Origin: Candidatus Eiseniibacteriota bacterium
GTDB taxonomy: Bacteria > Eisenbacteria > RBG-16-71-46
Direction of reading: 5' to 3'
DNA length: 28,073 nt
NCBI GenBank assembly: GCA_031366795.1
Contig: JANLOX010000341.1
Span: 1-28,073, forward strand
Positions 16,268 to 26,035 of this stretch are shown here, piece after piece. Under the pieces are notes generated by a model, which worked only from the letters and a program-made list of their open reading frames with translations, was not told the DNA's origin and ran no database searches. Each line of letters opens with the position of its first letter. The stretch's first letter is position 1. Made by a program: the position numbers and the translations under genes.

Positions 16268-19017
16268 GCGAGAGCCTCCTGAATCAAACGACGTGCCTCG
16301 GCCATCGCCGCGGCGAGCTTGGATGCATCCTTGCCCCCGGCCAACGCCAGGTGCGGCTTGCCGCCCCCTGATCCACCGGTCACCTGCGCCACCTTGCGCA
16401 CCAGATCCGACGCATTCAGCCTTTTTTCCGCCACGAGGTCATCGGTCACCGCCGCGAGGAAGGCCAGCTTGCCCTCGCCCGGCACCGCCAGCACCGCAGC
16501 ACCCCGCTTGAGCGCGCCGCGCAGCGCGTCGGCTGCCTCGCGCACCGCCGCGGGATCCGAGCCCGCCGCGAGTTCGGCGACGATCCACCGCCCGCCCGGC
16601 GACACCGTCGCCGATTCGGCGAGCCGCACCATCTCGGCGGCCAGCCCTCCGCGCGTCGCTTCGGCATGCTGCTTCTCGAGCCGGTCGCGTTCCGCCTTGA
16701 GCTTCTCTATCTGTTCGGGCACCGCGGCCGGACTGACTTGAAGGGCGTTGGCGGCGTGGTGCAGCGTGTCGCTCTGTTGGCGCAGCCAGCGCAACGCCTC
16801 GTGGCCGCACAGCGCCTCAACGCGACGTACGCCGCTGGCGATCGAAGCGTCGCTGGTGATGATGAACGCGCCGATCTCGCCGGTGCGCGAAACGTGCGTG
16901 CCGCCGCAGAATTCGCGGCTCAGCGGAATGCCCGCCTCGGGCACCGCATCGACGGTCACGACGCGCACGTTGGCGCCGTACTTCTCGCCGAACAGCATCA
17001 TCGCGCCCAGCTTACGGGCTTCTTCGATCGGCAGCACGGCCGTCTGCACCCGTTGGTCGCGCAGCACCCATTCGCTGACCGTCGCGGCTATCCCATCGAG
17101 CTGCTCGCGCGTCGGCGCTTCAAAGTGGTTGTAGTCGAAGCGCAAGCGCTCAGGCGATACCAGCGAGCCGGCCTGGCGCACGTGCGAGCCCAGCGTCTCG
17201 CGCAGCGCCGCGTGCAACAGGTGCGTCGCCGTGTGGTGACGCATCGTGGGACGCCGCAGCGTCAGGTCGACGTGGGCCTCGGCGTGCCCTGCCCTGGCCT
17301 CGGCGATGAACTTCGCGCGCTCCGCCCCTGGCAGCGCGACGCGATGCACAATCGCGTCCTGCTCCTTGGTCACATGATTCAACACGGCGTTGATGCCGCC
17401 GGCGACGATGCGGCCGCTATCGGCGACCTGGCCACCCATCTCGGGGTAGCACGGGGTGCGGTCGAACACGAGTTCGACTTCATCCGCTCCCACGGCGCGC
17501 CAGCGGCGCAGCGTCATGCCGGTGAGATCGAAGCGGTCGAAGCCCAAGAATTCGGAATCGCTGCCGGGCGACGCCACCGTCCATTCAGCCTTCGCAGCAC
17601 CTTCGCCCTTCTTGAACTTGCTGGCGTCGCGGGCACGCGTGCGCTGCGCTTCCATCGCGGCTTCGAAGCCTTCGCGATCGACCGCGACGCCGCGCTCCTT
17701 CGCGAACTCCTCGGTCAGCTCGAACGGAAAGCCATAAGTGTCGTGCAGCGCGAACGCTTCGGCGCCGTTGATGGTGCCGGAAGCCCCCGACAACAATTGT
17801 TCGAGCCTAAGCAGCCCCGCCTCATACGTCTGGATGAACGCCGCCTCCTCCTGCTCGAGGATGCGCGCGATCGTGTCACGACGCGACGACAGTTCCGGGT
17901 AGTGCCCGCCGAAGCGGTCGCACACCAGCCGCGCCGTGTCCGCCAAGAGCGGGGCGTCGTGAATTGCGAGCCCGTGGCGCGCGCGCCCTCGCGTGACGGC
18001 GCGGCGCAGCAGGCGGCGCAGCACGTAGCCCGCGCCCTCATTACCCGGCAGGGCGCCTTCGCCGATGGCGAAGGTCAGGGCGCGCGTGTGATCGGCGATG
18101 ATGCACGCATCGCGGAGTGCCACCGCATCGGTGCGGCTCGCGCGCGAAAGGCCAAACACATGCTCAACGAGCGGCGCGAACAGGTCGGTCTCGAAGATCG
18201 ACAACTTGCTCTGTAGAATCACCGCGAGCCGCTCGAGCCCCATGCCGGTGTCGATGCCTGGCCGCGCGAGTTCACGCAGTGTCCCGTCGGGTTGCGCGTC
18301 GAACTGCGGGAACACGAGATTCCAGAACTCCATGAAACGATCGCCGGGATCTCCGGGCGACTCACCCCAGAACACTCCGGGCGCAAGATATGCGGGCCGC
18401 TGTTCGCCCAGGTCGAAATACATCTCGCTGCATGGGCCGCACGCGCCCTGCCCTCCGGCGGGACCCCAGAAATTGTCCGCGCGCCCGAGCGCTACGATGT
18501 GGTCCTCGGCGACGCCCAGCTTCTTCCACAACCCGGCCGCCTCGTCATCGCGCGGCAGCTTGCCTTCGCCCGCGAAGATCGAGCAGTAGATGCGCTGCTT
18601 CGGCAGGCCCAGCACCCGGGTCACGAATTCCCACGCCCATACGATCGCCTCTTCCTTGAAGTAGGCGCCCTTGTCCCTTGGACCAAAAGAGAAGTTGCCC
18701 AGCATCTCGAAGAACGTGTCGTGGCGCGGCGTCAGCCCGACGCGCTCGAGGTCGGTCAACCGCAGACTCTTCTGGATCGAGGCGGCGCGCGTGTAAGGGA
18801 CGTCGCCCTCAGCGGTATAGTAGGGCTTGAATTGCACCATCCCCGCCGTGGTGAACAACAGCGTGGGGTCGTTCGGCACCAGCGGGGACGAAGGCACGAT
18901 CGTGTGCCCGCGTTCACGGAAAAAACCGAGAAAGGCGTCGCGCAGCTCAGGCGCAGTACGCGTGACGATACCGGAGGAGGGACTCATGACCGAGCAAGAT
19001 AGCCGCTCCAGAGCCAT
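16264..19017 (-). CDS. alaS: Alanine--tRNA ligase (start may be ATG 18987)
   Basis: DPTLLFT.AGM.QFK, HDTFFEMLGNFSFG, CGPCSE, IDTGMGLER, editing motifs HHTATHLLH and CGGTH, C-terminal GGSGGG. Confidence 0.98.
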   Translation of the reverse strand: MALERLSCSVMSPSSGIVTRTAPELRDAFLGFFRERGHTIVPSSPLVPNDPTLLFTTAGMVQFKPYYTAEGDVPYTRAASIQKSLRLTDLERVGLTPRHDTFFEMLGNFSFGPRDKGAYFKEEAIVWAWEFVTRVLGLPKQRIYCSIFAGEGKLPRDDEAAGLWKKLGVAEDHIVALGRADNFWGPAGGQGACGPCSEMYFDLGEQRPAYLAPGVFWGESPGDPGDRFMEFWNLVFPQFDAQPDGTLRELARPGIDTGMGLERLAVILQSKLSIFETDLFAPLVEHVFGLSRASRTDAVALRDACIIADHTRALTFAIGEGALPGNEGAGYVLRRLLRRAVTRGRARHGLAIHDAPLLADTARLVCDRFGGHYPELSSRRDTIARILEQEEAAFIQTYEAGLLRLEQLLSGASGTINGAEAFALHDTYGFPFELTEEFAKERGVAVDREGFEAAMEAQRTRARDASKFKKGEGAAKAEWTVASPGSDSEFLGFDRFDLTGMTLRRWRAVGADEVELVFDRTPCYPEMGGQVADSGRIVAGGINAVLNHVTKEQDAIVHRVALPGAERAKFIAEARAGHAEAHVDLTLRRPTMRHHTATHLLHAALRETLGSHVRQAGSLVSPERLRFDYNHFEAPTREQLDGIAATVSEWVLRDQRVQTAVLPIEEARKLGAMMLFGEKYGANVRVVTVDAVPEAGIPLSREFCGGTHVSRTGEIGAFIITSDASIASGVRRVEALCGHEALRWLRQQSDTLHHAANALQVSPAAVPEQIEKLKAERDRLEKQHAEATRGGLAAEMVRLAESATVSPGGRWIVAELAAGSDPAAVREAADALRGALKRGAAVLAVPGEGKLAFLAAVTDDLVAEKRLNASDLVRKVAQVTGGSGGGKPHLALAGGKDASKLAAAMAEARRLIQEALA

Positions 19018-19047
19018 CTTGCACGGCAGTCCCCCGCCGCATTGCGG

Positions 19048-20031
19048 CTACGCTGCCGGGCGCTTTCCCCGGGCCCGCGCGACCACGAACTGACGCCGCG
19101 CCAGCCGCTGGCCCGACCCGCTCATACGCACTGCCGCGCGGACGCAGCCCAGCAGGGGGGCAGGCAGGCGGCCCTCGCCGCCGTAGAGCAATTCATGGTG
19201 GACGACATCAAGCCCGCAAGCGCCCAGGATGTCGCGAAATTCATTGGGCGTGAAGGTCCGCTCGTGAGCGTAACGGTGCACCACACCCGCGTCGTCCGTG
19301 TAGGAGCCGTGGACTTCATCGCGCAGCGCATCGAGCCGCTGCGTGTGCTGCGGATTGGCGCCATTGATATCGCCGATCACCAGCACACCCTCGGGAGCCA
19401 GACGGCGCGCCACGCCCTGCAAGAACGGTTCGACGGGGTCGATGTGAGAGATCGCGTTGTAGACCCACACGACATCGAAGTCCGGCCCCATCTCCTGCGT
19501 CACGTCGGACAGCACGTTGTCGACTTCGAGGCGGCGTCCGGTGTGTTCCGCATAGAGCGCAAGCCGCTCGCGCGCCACGCGCAAACGGTCATCGCGCAGG
19601 TCCGCGGCCACGACGCGAGCGCCCATGCTGGCGTAGAGCATGCTGAAGGTGCCGAAGCCGGAACCGGCGTCGAGCACACGAACCGGCTCGCCACCCGCGG
19701 CGCGGGATTGCGCGAGCGATGCAATGCGGCGGGCGACCCAGCCCGTGTCGGCATTCCACAGCCCACGCAGGAAGCGGCGTACCGCGGCTTCATTGCGCGG
19801 ATCCGGCAGCTTCGAGTAATAGCCGAGGAAGGCCTCGCGATCGGCCGGTGCGAGTCGCGGCGCGAGCGCTTCGCGTTCGCCGCCGATGGTCCAGCGCATG
19901 AACTCGTCGAACACGGTGCGCGGCGGTGAAGCGACGGGGGCGCGTCCCGAATACGGCGAGGGCTGCCCCGGCGCGGTTTGACGCGTGGGTCCATTGGGTT
20001 CAGGGATCGACTGGGGGTAAGGGAGCGCCAT
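19048..20031 (-). CDS. Class I SAM-dependent methyltransferase
   Basis: Motif I VLDAGSGFG, post-I VVAADL, FDVV...AISHI, L.PEGVLVI; Pro-rich N-terminal ~40 aa. Confidence 0.85.
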   Translation of the reverse strand: MALPYPQSIPEPNGPTRQTAPGQPSPYSGRAPVASPPRTVFDEFMRWTIGGEREALAPRLAPADREAFLGYYSKLPDPRNEAAVRRFLRGLWNADTGWVARRIASLAQSRAAGGEPVRVLDAGSGFGTFSMLYASMGARVVAADLRDDRLRVARERLALYAEHTGRRLEVDNVLSDVTQEMGPDFDVVWVYNAISHIDPVEPFLQGVARRLAPEGVLVIGDINGANPQHTQRLDALRDEVHGSYTDDAGVVHRYAHERTFTPNEFRDILGACGLDVVHHELLYGGEGRLPAPLLGCVRAAVRMSGSGQRLARRQFVVARARGKRPAA

Positions 20032-20039
20032 TTAGGCGG

Positions 20040-20067
20040 TTATCGGCGCGATCCGGAACCAATTTAG
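20040..20067 (-). promoter_or_regulatory. sigma28 (FliA/SigD/WhiG)-type promoter
   Basis: Minus strand CTAAA (20067-20063), ttggttccggatcgc (15 nt), GCCGATAA (20047-20040): exact consensus and spacing, intergenic, 8 nt before the ATG at 20031. Confidence 0.75.
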
Positions 20068-20128
20068 TCAAAACTCTTCGCCGAGCCTCTCGGCTTTGAC
20101 AAGGCGGCAAACCGGTGCCGGCGCCTCG

Positions 20129-20623
20129 CTACCCCTCGAACGACTCCACCGCCACTTCGGCCTTCATCGCCTGCATGATGATATCCGTGGAGAAGCCGCG
20201 ACGCACGAGCAATCCCCACAGGCGGCGTTTGCGCGCCTGCGGATCCAGCTTGGCGTAGCGCCGCTCCGCCTGCTCGATCGCGCGACGCGCCATGCCCACT
20301 TCGTCGGCGGCGCCTTGGGCGGCCTCAAGCTTGGCCCGGCCGGCGGCGATGTCCTCGGGTGAAATTCCGCGTTTGCGCAGGTCCATCTCGAGCTTGCGCC
20401 AACCCGCGGCGCGGCGCCCCCAGCGGCCGGCGAGAAAGGCGCGCGCGTACTCGACGTCATCGATCAGGCCCACCTGCGTGAGCCGCTCGAGCAGTGGATC
20501 GATGTCTTCCGGTGAGAAGCCCTTGTCGCGCAACCGCCGCGCAATGTCGGAGTGCGTGCGCCGCATCCGCTCGATCAGGCGCAGCGCGGCTGCGCGCGCG
20601 GCCTCCGGACCGAGCGCGGGCAT
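20129..20623 (-). CDS. recX: Regulatory protein RecX
   Basis: AALRLI..R.RT..DI..RL..KG, GLIDD.EYA, G.RKL..DL.KRGI, L.RRGFS; ATG 20623 overlaps the upstream stop (TGATG); recA...recX...alaS context. Confidence 0.9.
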   Translation of the reverse strand: MPALGPEAARAAALRLIERMRRTHSDIARRLRDKGFSPEDIDPLLERLTQVGLIDDVEYARAFLAGRWGRRAAGWRKLEMDLRKRGISPEDIAAGRAKLEAAQGAADEVGMARRAIEQAERRYAKLDPQARKRRLWGLLVRRGFSTDIIMQAMKAEVAVESFEG

Positions 20624-21561
20624 CACGGGCGCTCGCCCATCGCGGCGAGCCGCTGCTGGGCGGACTGCGAGATATCCGACTTGCCCCCCGCCGTGCTCAC
20701 CACGAGCGCGCGACGGTAATAGTGCACCGCCGGCCCCTTGCGCTTGAGCTGCTCGTTGGCCCAGCCGAGATTGTAGAGCACCAGCGCATCGGTGCTGTCG
20801 GCACGCTCGGCCGCCAGGAGGTACTGCAGGCTCTTGTCCCAATCGCCGTGCTGGCCGTACCAGTACGCGATGTCATTGGGAATGTAGGGGCTGTGCGGAT
20901 AGGCCTGCATCACCGTCTGGCCCAGGGCGAATACGGCCTGGTCATCGCCAGGGGCCGCGCGATCGACGTAGTAGCGCACGTAGTCGTGCAGCATCTGCGG
21001 CACGTACGTTTCCGCGGGCGCTGGCAGTGGATCGCCGTACGTCCAGCGCAGGGAATCAGCATGGGCCTTCGTGTAGGCCACCGTCTCGCGGATCAGTTCG
21101 GCCTGCGGGACGCGCAGACCCACCTGCTGGAACAGATAAGCGAGCCCCAACCGCATGTCGAAGCGTTCCGGGTGCTTGGCAATGCCCTGCGACAATTCGT
21201 CGAGCGCGCGCCGGACCAGCAGCGTGTCGAACTTCGCGGAGTCGCCGGCGCTGCCCGCGCCGCGGCCGCTGCCCGAGAACCCCGCCGCCGCACTCGTCGC
21301 CTGGCGGAAGTACAGGTTCGCGCGCGCGATCGAGACCTCGGCGTCCCCGGGATGTTGCTTCTCGCGCTGGTCGATGAGCTTCTGCGCGGCGGTGTAATTG
21401 CGCTGCGCGATCAGGTCGTGCCACTGCGTTTCGAAGTCCTGCGGCGACTGGGTACTCGGCGCCGACTGGCAGGCGGAGAGGAACACCACCACGGCAAGTA
21501 CGGCGACCAACAGCAGGCATAACGCCTTGCGAAGCGGCGAGACATTCGAGTTTGGGTTCAT
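20623..21561 (-). CDS. TPR-repeat lipoprotein
   Basis: Signal peptide with lipobox LSA-C; TPR-like helices (A..LI....P.D......A, LYNLG.A...L...A...YRRAL); ATG 21561. Confidence 0.75.
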   Translation of the reverse strand: MNPNSNVSPLRKALCLLLVAVLAVVVFLSACQSAPSTQSPQDFETQWHDLIAQRNYTAAQKLIDQREKQHPGDAEVSIARANLYFRQATSAAAGFSGSGRGAGSAGDSAKFDTLLVRRALDELSQGIAKHPERFDMRLGLAYLFQQVGLRVPQAELIRETVAYTKAHADSLRWTYGDPLPAPAETYVPQMLHDYVRYYVDRAAPGDDQAVFALGQTVMQAYPHSPYIPNDIAYWYGQHGDWDKSLQYLLAAERADSTDALVLYNLGWANEQLKRKGPAVHYYRRALVVSTAGGKSDISQSAQQRLAAMGERP

Positions 21562-21600
21562 GGCGCGGAATCGTAAAGCATGGGCCCTCGGCAATGCGAA

Positions 21601-21633
21601 CCCCCGGCGAGTGTGTTGCGCACTCGCCGGGGG
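21601..21633 (-). terminator. Strong hairpin downstream of recA (probable terminator or RNA-stability element)
   Basis: CCCCCGGCGAGTG-tgttgcg-CACTCGCCGGGGG, a perfect 13-bp stem; only a short U-run (TTCG) follows on the minus strand. Confidence 0.65.
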
Positions 21634-21666
21634 CCGTGTTCGGTTGAGACGTTGGTGGTTCTTGGA

Positions 21667-22899
<1,233 letters not shown>

Positions 22900-23012
22900 C
22901 TGCTGCGTCTCCTTCGCAGGGGCGGATTCGTGCAGGACGGCAGTCTGCGTTGTCTGCTTTAAGGCGCCGGCGCCGCTCGCTTGAACGGGTCACCGGTCGC
23001 TCAACAGGGCGC

Positions 23013-23039
23013 ATAGTACACATTTGGGCAGTAAAGCAA
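23013..23039 (-). promoter_or_regulatory. Putative recA promoter with overlapping SOS (LexA) box
   Basis: AT-rich patch; minus strand TTGCTT...TACTAT (-10 at 23018-23013, only 15-nt spacing); imperfect palindrome TGCCC-AAAT-GTGTA (23030-23017) overlaps the -10. Confidence 0.55.
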
Positions 23040-23124
23040 AAGTGGTATTTTTTAGGCCTATTCCACGGTCCTGAGGCTCCGGGTCTGCCGGCCACTCCCG
23101 CCACGACCGCAATTCCGGTGCCCA

Positions 23125-23157
23125 TCGCCGGGGCGCGGAACGGGCGCCTCCCGGCGA
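23125..23157 (-). terminator. GC-rich hairpin just downstream of cinA
   Basis: TCGCCGGG-GCGC...GCGC-ct-CCCGGCGA inverted repeat 8 nt after the stop; no U-tract. Confidence 0.35.
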
Positions 23158-23165
23158 GATCCGGC

Positions 23166-24422
23166 CTACTCCAACCGCCCCTCGAGGGGCAGCCCTTCGA
23201 GGCGGCGGCGCACCATATCCAGCGCGGTCTGCGTGGAGCGTTCGCGGATCGCCGCCCGTGAGCCGGACATCCTCAGCAGGCGCGCAGCACTCCCGTTGGC
23301 GTCGTGCACTGCGACGAACACGGTGCCCACGGGCTTGTCGGCGGTGCCACCTTCGGGGCCAGCGACGCCGGTGATCCCGACGCCGATATCCGCGTGCGCG
23401 CGCTCGGCGGCACCCTTCGCCATCTGCAGCACCACCGTCTCACTCACCGCGCCATGCGCCGCGATGTCGGCCGGTGCGACGCCGAGCAGTTCGGTCTTCG
23501 ATTCATTCGAATACGTCACATAGCCGCGCTCAAAGTACCGCGACGATCCGGGCGTGTCGGTGAGCCGCTTGGCGAGCAGGCCGCCGGTGCAGGACTCGGC
23601 GACCGCGATCTTCAGGCGCCGCTCGAGCAACCGCGCTGCCACCACTTCTTCCATCGCCATCGCGCCCTCGGCGTACAACACCGGGTTCGCCACCGCGCGC
23701 AGCTCGGCATAGGCCTTCTCGGCGACACGGAGGGTCTCGGAGGAGTCGGGTGCGGCGACCGTCACGCGCAGGTCGACGCCGAAGTAGCTGGGCAGGTAGG
23801 CGAGCGATGCGTAGGGCCACTGCTGCGGCAGGTTGCCGATGTGTTCCTGCAGCTTGCTCTCGTAAGTGCCCGAGGTGCGCAGCGTGAACGTCACCACCTT
23901 GAGCCCCGAGCGGTCGCGCAGCATGGGGATCACGGAGTCGCGCAGGATCGCCTCCATCTCCTGCGGCACGCCGGGCATCATGAACACGGGGCGCCCCTGG
24001 TGCTCGATCAGCAGGCCCGGTGCGGTGCCGACGGGGTTGTCGAGCAACGTGGCGCCAAAGGGAATCAGCGCCATGGTCTCGACCGAGGCCGGCAGCTTGC
24101 GGTTCATCTGCCGCGCGCGCGCGCGGATCGATTCGACCACTTTCTCGTTGAGCTGCAACGGCCGCCCCAGCAGCGTCGCCACAGCCTTGCGCGTAAGGTC
24201 ATCGGGCGTGGGCCCTAAGCCCCCCGTCATGATCACGCCGTCGGCGCGGCCCAGCGCCAGTCGCAGGGCGTCGCCGATCCGCTCAACCGTGTCGCCCACC
24301 GTCGAGTGCCAGCCGGCCTGGATACTGACTTCCTCGAGCGCGCGCGCGATCTGCGCGAAGTTGGTATCGAGCGTGCGGCCCGACAGCACTTCGTTGCCGA
24401 TGGTGATGATCTCGATCTGCAT
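23166..24422 (-). CDS. cinA: Competence/damage-inducible protein CinA (MoCF-like domain + NMN deamidase PncC)
   Basis: IGNEVLSG..LDTN, GGLGPT.DDLT, N..GTAPG, MPGVP.EM; PncC motifs AESCTGG, YSNESK, GAVS, ITGVAGP.GG...KPVGTV. Confidence 0.96.
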   Translation of the reverse strand: MQIEIITIGNEVLSGRTLDTNFAQIARALEEVSIQAGWHSTVGDTVERIGDALRLALGRADGVIMTGGLGPTPDDLTRKAVATLLGRPLQLNEKVVESIRARARQMNRKLPASVETMALIPFGATLLDNPVGTAPGLLIEHQGRPVFMMPGVPQEMEAILRDSVIPMLRDRSGLKVVTFTLRTSGTYESKLQEHIGNLPQQWPYASLAYLPSYFGVDLRVTVAAPDSSETLRVAEKAYAELRAVANPVLYAEGAMAMEEVVAARLLERRLKIAVAESCTGGLLAKRLTDTPGSSRYFERGYVTYSNESKTELLGVAPADIAAHGAVSETVVLQMAKGAAERAHADIGVGITGVAGPEGGTADKPVGTVFVAVHDANGSAARLLRMSGSRAAIRERSTQTALDMVRRRLEGLPLEGRLE

Positions 24423-24509
24423 GGAGCCTCGTGCGAATCCCGGTCGACGTTGGGATTCGCACTGTGCCGGAGCGTGTGTGTCGGCGCAACCGGCGCGAAA
24501 CGCAGCGGT

Positions 24510-24977
24510 CTACAGAATCCCCGGCCACGTCGGCCGCACGAGCAGCGCCACGAGCTGGAACGCGCCACACGCCATCCAGCCGGCCATCACGTCGTCGGCG
24601 ACGACGCCCCAGCCTCCGGGGAGCCGTTGAATCTGTCGCGCGCCGAGCGGCTTCCAGATATCGAAGATCCGGAACAGCAGGAATGCCGCGACATAAGCGA
24701 TCACGAGACGCGGCACGAACAGCAGCGCGATCGCCTGGCCGATCACTTCGTCGATCACGATCGGGCCCGCGTCGTGCCCGAGCGTCTGCTCGGCGATGGT
24801 GGCTGCCCATACGGCGATCAACGTGCCAATCACCAGCGCTGCAATCACAATAGGCATCGGCGCGATCGGCACGAACCACGCGACCAGCGTCACCACCGCG
24901 CTCCCCGCGGTCGCGGGTGCCACCGGAGCGAATCCGACGGGGCCCATCGTCGCGAGGTGGCGCGCCAGCTTGTTCAT
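24510..24977 (-). CDS. pgpA: Phosphatidylglycerophosphatase A
   Basis: G..P.AP.TAGS, HD.G.IVIDEV.G, FLLFRIFDIWKP, GG.GVVADDV.AG; directly upstream of cinA. Confidence 0.93.
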   Translation of the reverse strand: MNKLARHLATMGPVGFAPVAPATAGSAVVTLVAWFVPIAPMPIVIAALVIGTLIAVWAATIAEQTLGHDAGPIVIDEVIGQAIALLFVPRLVIAYVAAFLLFRIFDIWKPLGARQIQRLPGGWGVVADDVMAGWMACGAFQLVALLVRPTWPGIL

Positions 24978-26035
24978 GTCCGTGTCGGCGCGATGCGGCG
25001 AAACGGCCCACGGCGAACCACCGGCGTGGTGCGCGGCGAAGTCGGGCCTTGCGGCGAGACGGGCGCGGGCGGCGTTGAGGAAGCGGGGCGCACCGGCCCG
25101 ATGCCCGGCACGGGAACGATCGTGCGCGCGGCGATCGGCAGTGGGTGGGCGGGCGGATCCGTCGCGGGTCTCGCGGCAGGCGGCGTGCCCACTCGCGGCT
25201 GCGGCGCTGCGGGAGGACGCGGAGGAATCGTACGTGAAGCGGGCGGTGCGCCGACGCGCGGCGCGAACCCGGCGAATGGACTGGGCGCCGCAGGAGGCGC
25301 GGGGGGCGTGGCGGCCACGGGCACGGCGACAGGCGCAGCAGCGACGGGCACACGAACGGGCGCGGGCGGCGTGGCGGCGACCGGCGCGGGCGCGACCGGC
25401 ACCGCGGCGACCGGATGCCCCGTCGGCTGCGGCCCCTGGCCGGTGAGCCCGGTGATGCGTCCCAGCACGCCCTTGGCGATCGCGCGCATGGTCTCAGAAA
25501 CGCCCTTGCCATCAATGGCGACGGCTTCGAAATCGGGCAGGCCTTCCGGGTTGTAAAGCGCGCGCATGCGTTCAACCGGGACGGCGTTGCCGACATCACG
25601 CTTGTTGTACTGGATCACGCGCGGCAGCCGCGCGATCTGCGCGGGCCCCAGCCCCACGTGGCCCAGCAGCAAGTGCATGTCCGCGAGCGATTCGAGGTTG
25701 TCGGCTTCGCGATCGGCCTGGGAGTCGGCGACGAACACGATGCCATCGACGCCCTGCAGCACGGCGCGGCGCGAGCGGCGGTAGTAGATCTGGCCGGGCA
25801 CCGTATAAAGGTGGAAGCGGGTCGTGAATCCGTTCACGACGCCGAGATCGACCGGCATGAAGTCGAAGAACAACGTGCGTTCCTGCTCGGTGGCGATCGT
25901 CACGAGGCGGCCCCGGCGATCCGCGGGCAGGCGCTCGTGGAGCATCTTTACGTTGGTGGTCTTACCGCCGAGGCCCGGGCCGTAATAGACGATCTTGACG
26001 TGGATTTCCCGCGCCCGGTGATTGATCAGCGACAT
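24974..26035 (-). CDS. mglA: MglA-family small GTPase with a ~160-aa Pro/Ala-rich C-terminal extension
   Basis: KIVYYGPGLGGKTTN (G1), ERTLFFDF (G2 with Arg finger), LYTVPGQ (G3), YNKRD (G4), EAVA (G5); GAGGAG RBS. Confidence 0.93.
   Translation of the reverse strand: MSLINHRAREIHVKIVYYGPGLGGKTTNVKMLHERLPADRRGRLVTIATEQERTLFFDFMPVDLGVVNGFTTRFHLYTVPGQIYYRRSRRAVLQGVDGIVFVADSQADREADNLESLADMHLLLGHVGLGPAQIARLPRVIQYNKRDVGNAVPVERMRALYNPEGLPDFEAVAIDGKGVSETMRAIAKGVLGRITGLTGQGPQPTGHPVAAVPVAPAPVAATPPAPVRVPVAAAPVAVPVAATPPAPPAAPSPFAGFAPRVGAPPASRTIPPRPPAAPQPRVGTPPAARPATDPPAHPLPIAARTIVPVPGIGPVRPASSTPPAPVSPQGPTSPRTTPVVRRGPFRRIAPTRT

Noticed and set aside
20624..20842. N-terminal extension of RecX
   Set aside because: It overlaps the TPR lipoprotein gene; the coupled ATG at 20623 gives a normal-size RecX.
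25290..25425. Short GC-rich direct repeats as a CRISPR array or VNTR
   Set aside because: They are degenerate, in-frame codon repeats of the MglA tail (PVA/PVAATPPAP), with no constant repeat-spacer period and no cas genes.
24283..25599. Alternative-frame ORFs over the mglA tail (438 aa minus, 416 aa plus) suggesting a separate gene or frameshift
   Set aside because: They are Arg/Pro- or Gly/Ala-rich by-products of GC-rich low-complexity DNA, they overlap pgpA and cinA, and they lack RBSs; the mglA frame ends exactly at the pgpA start.
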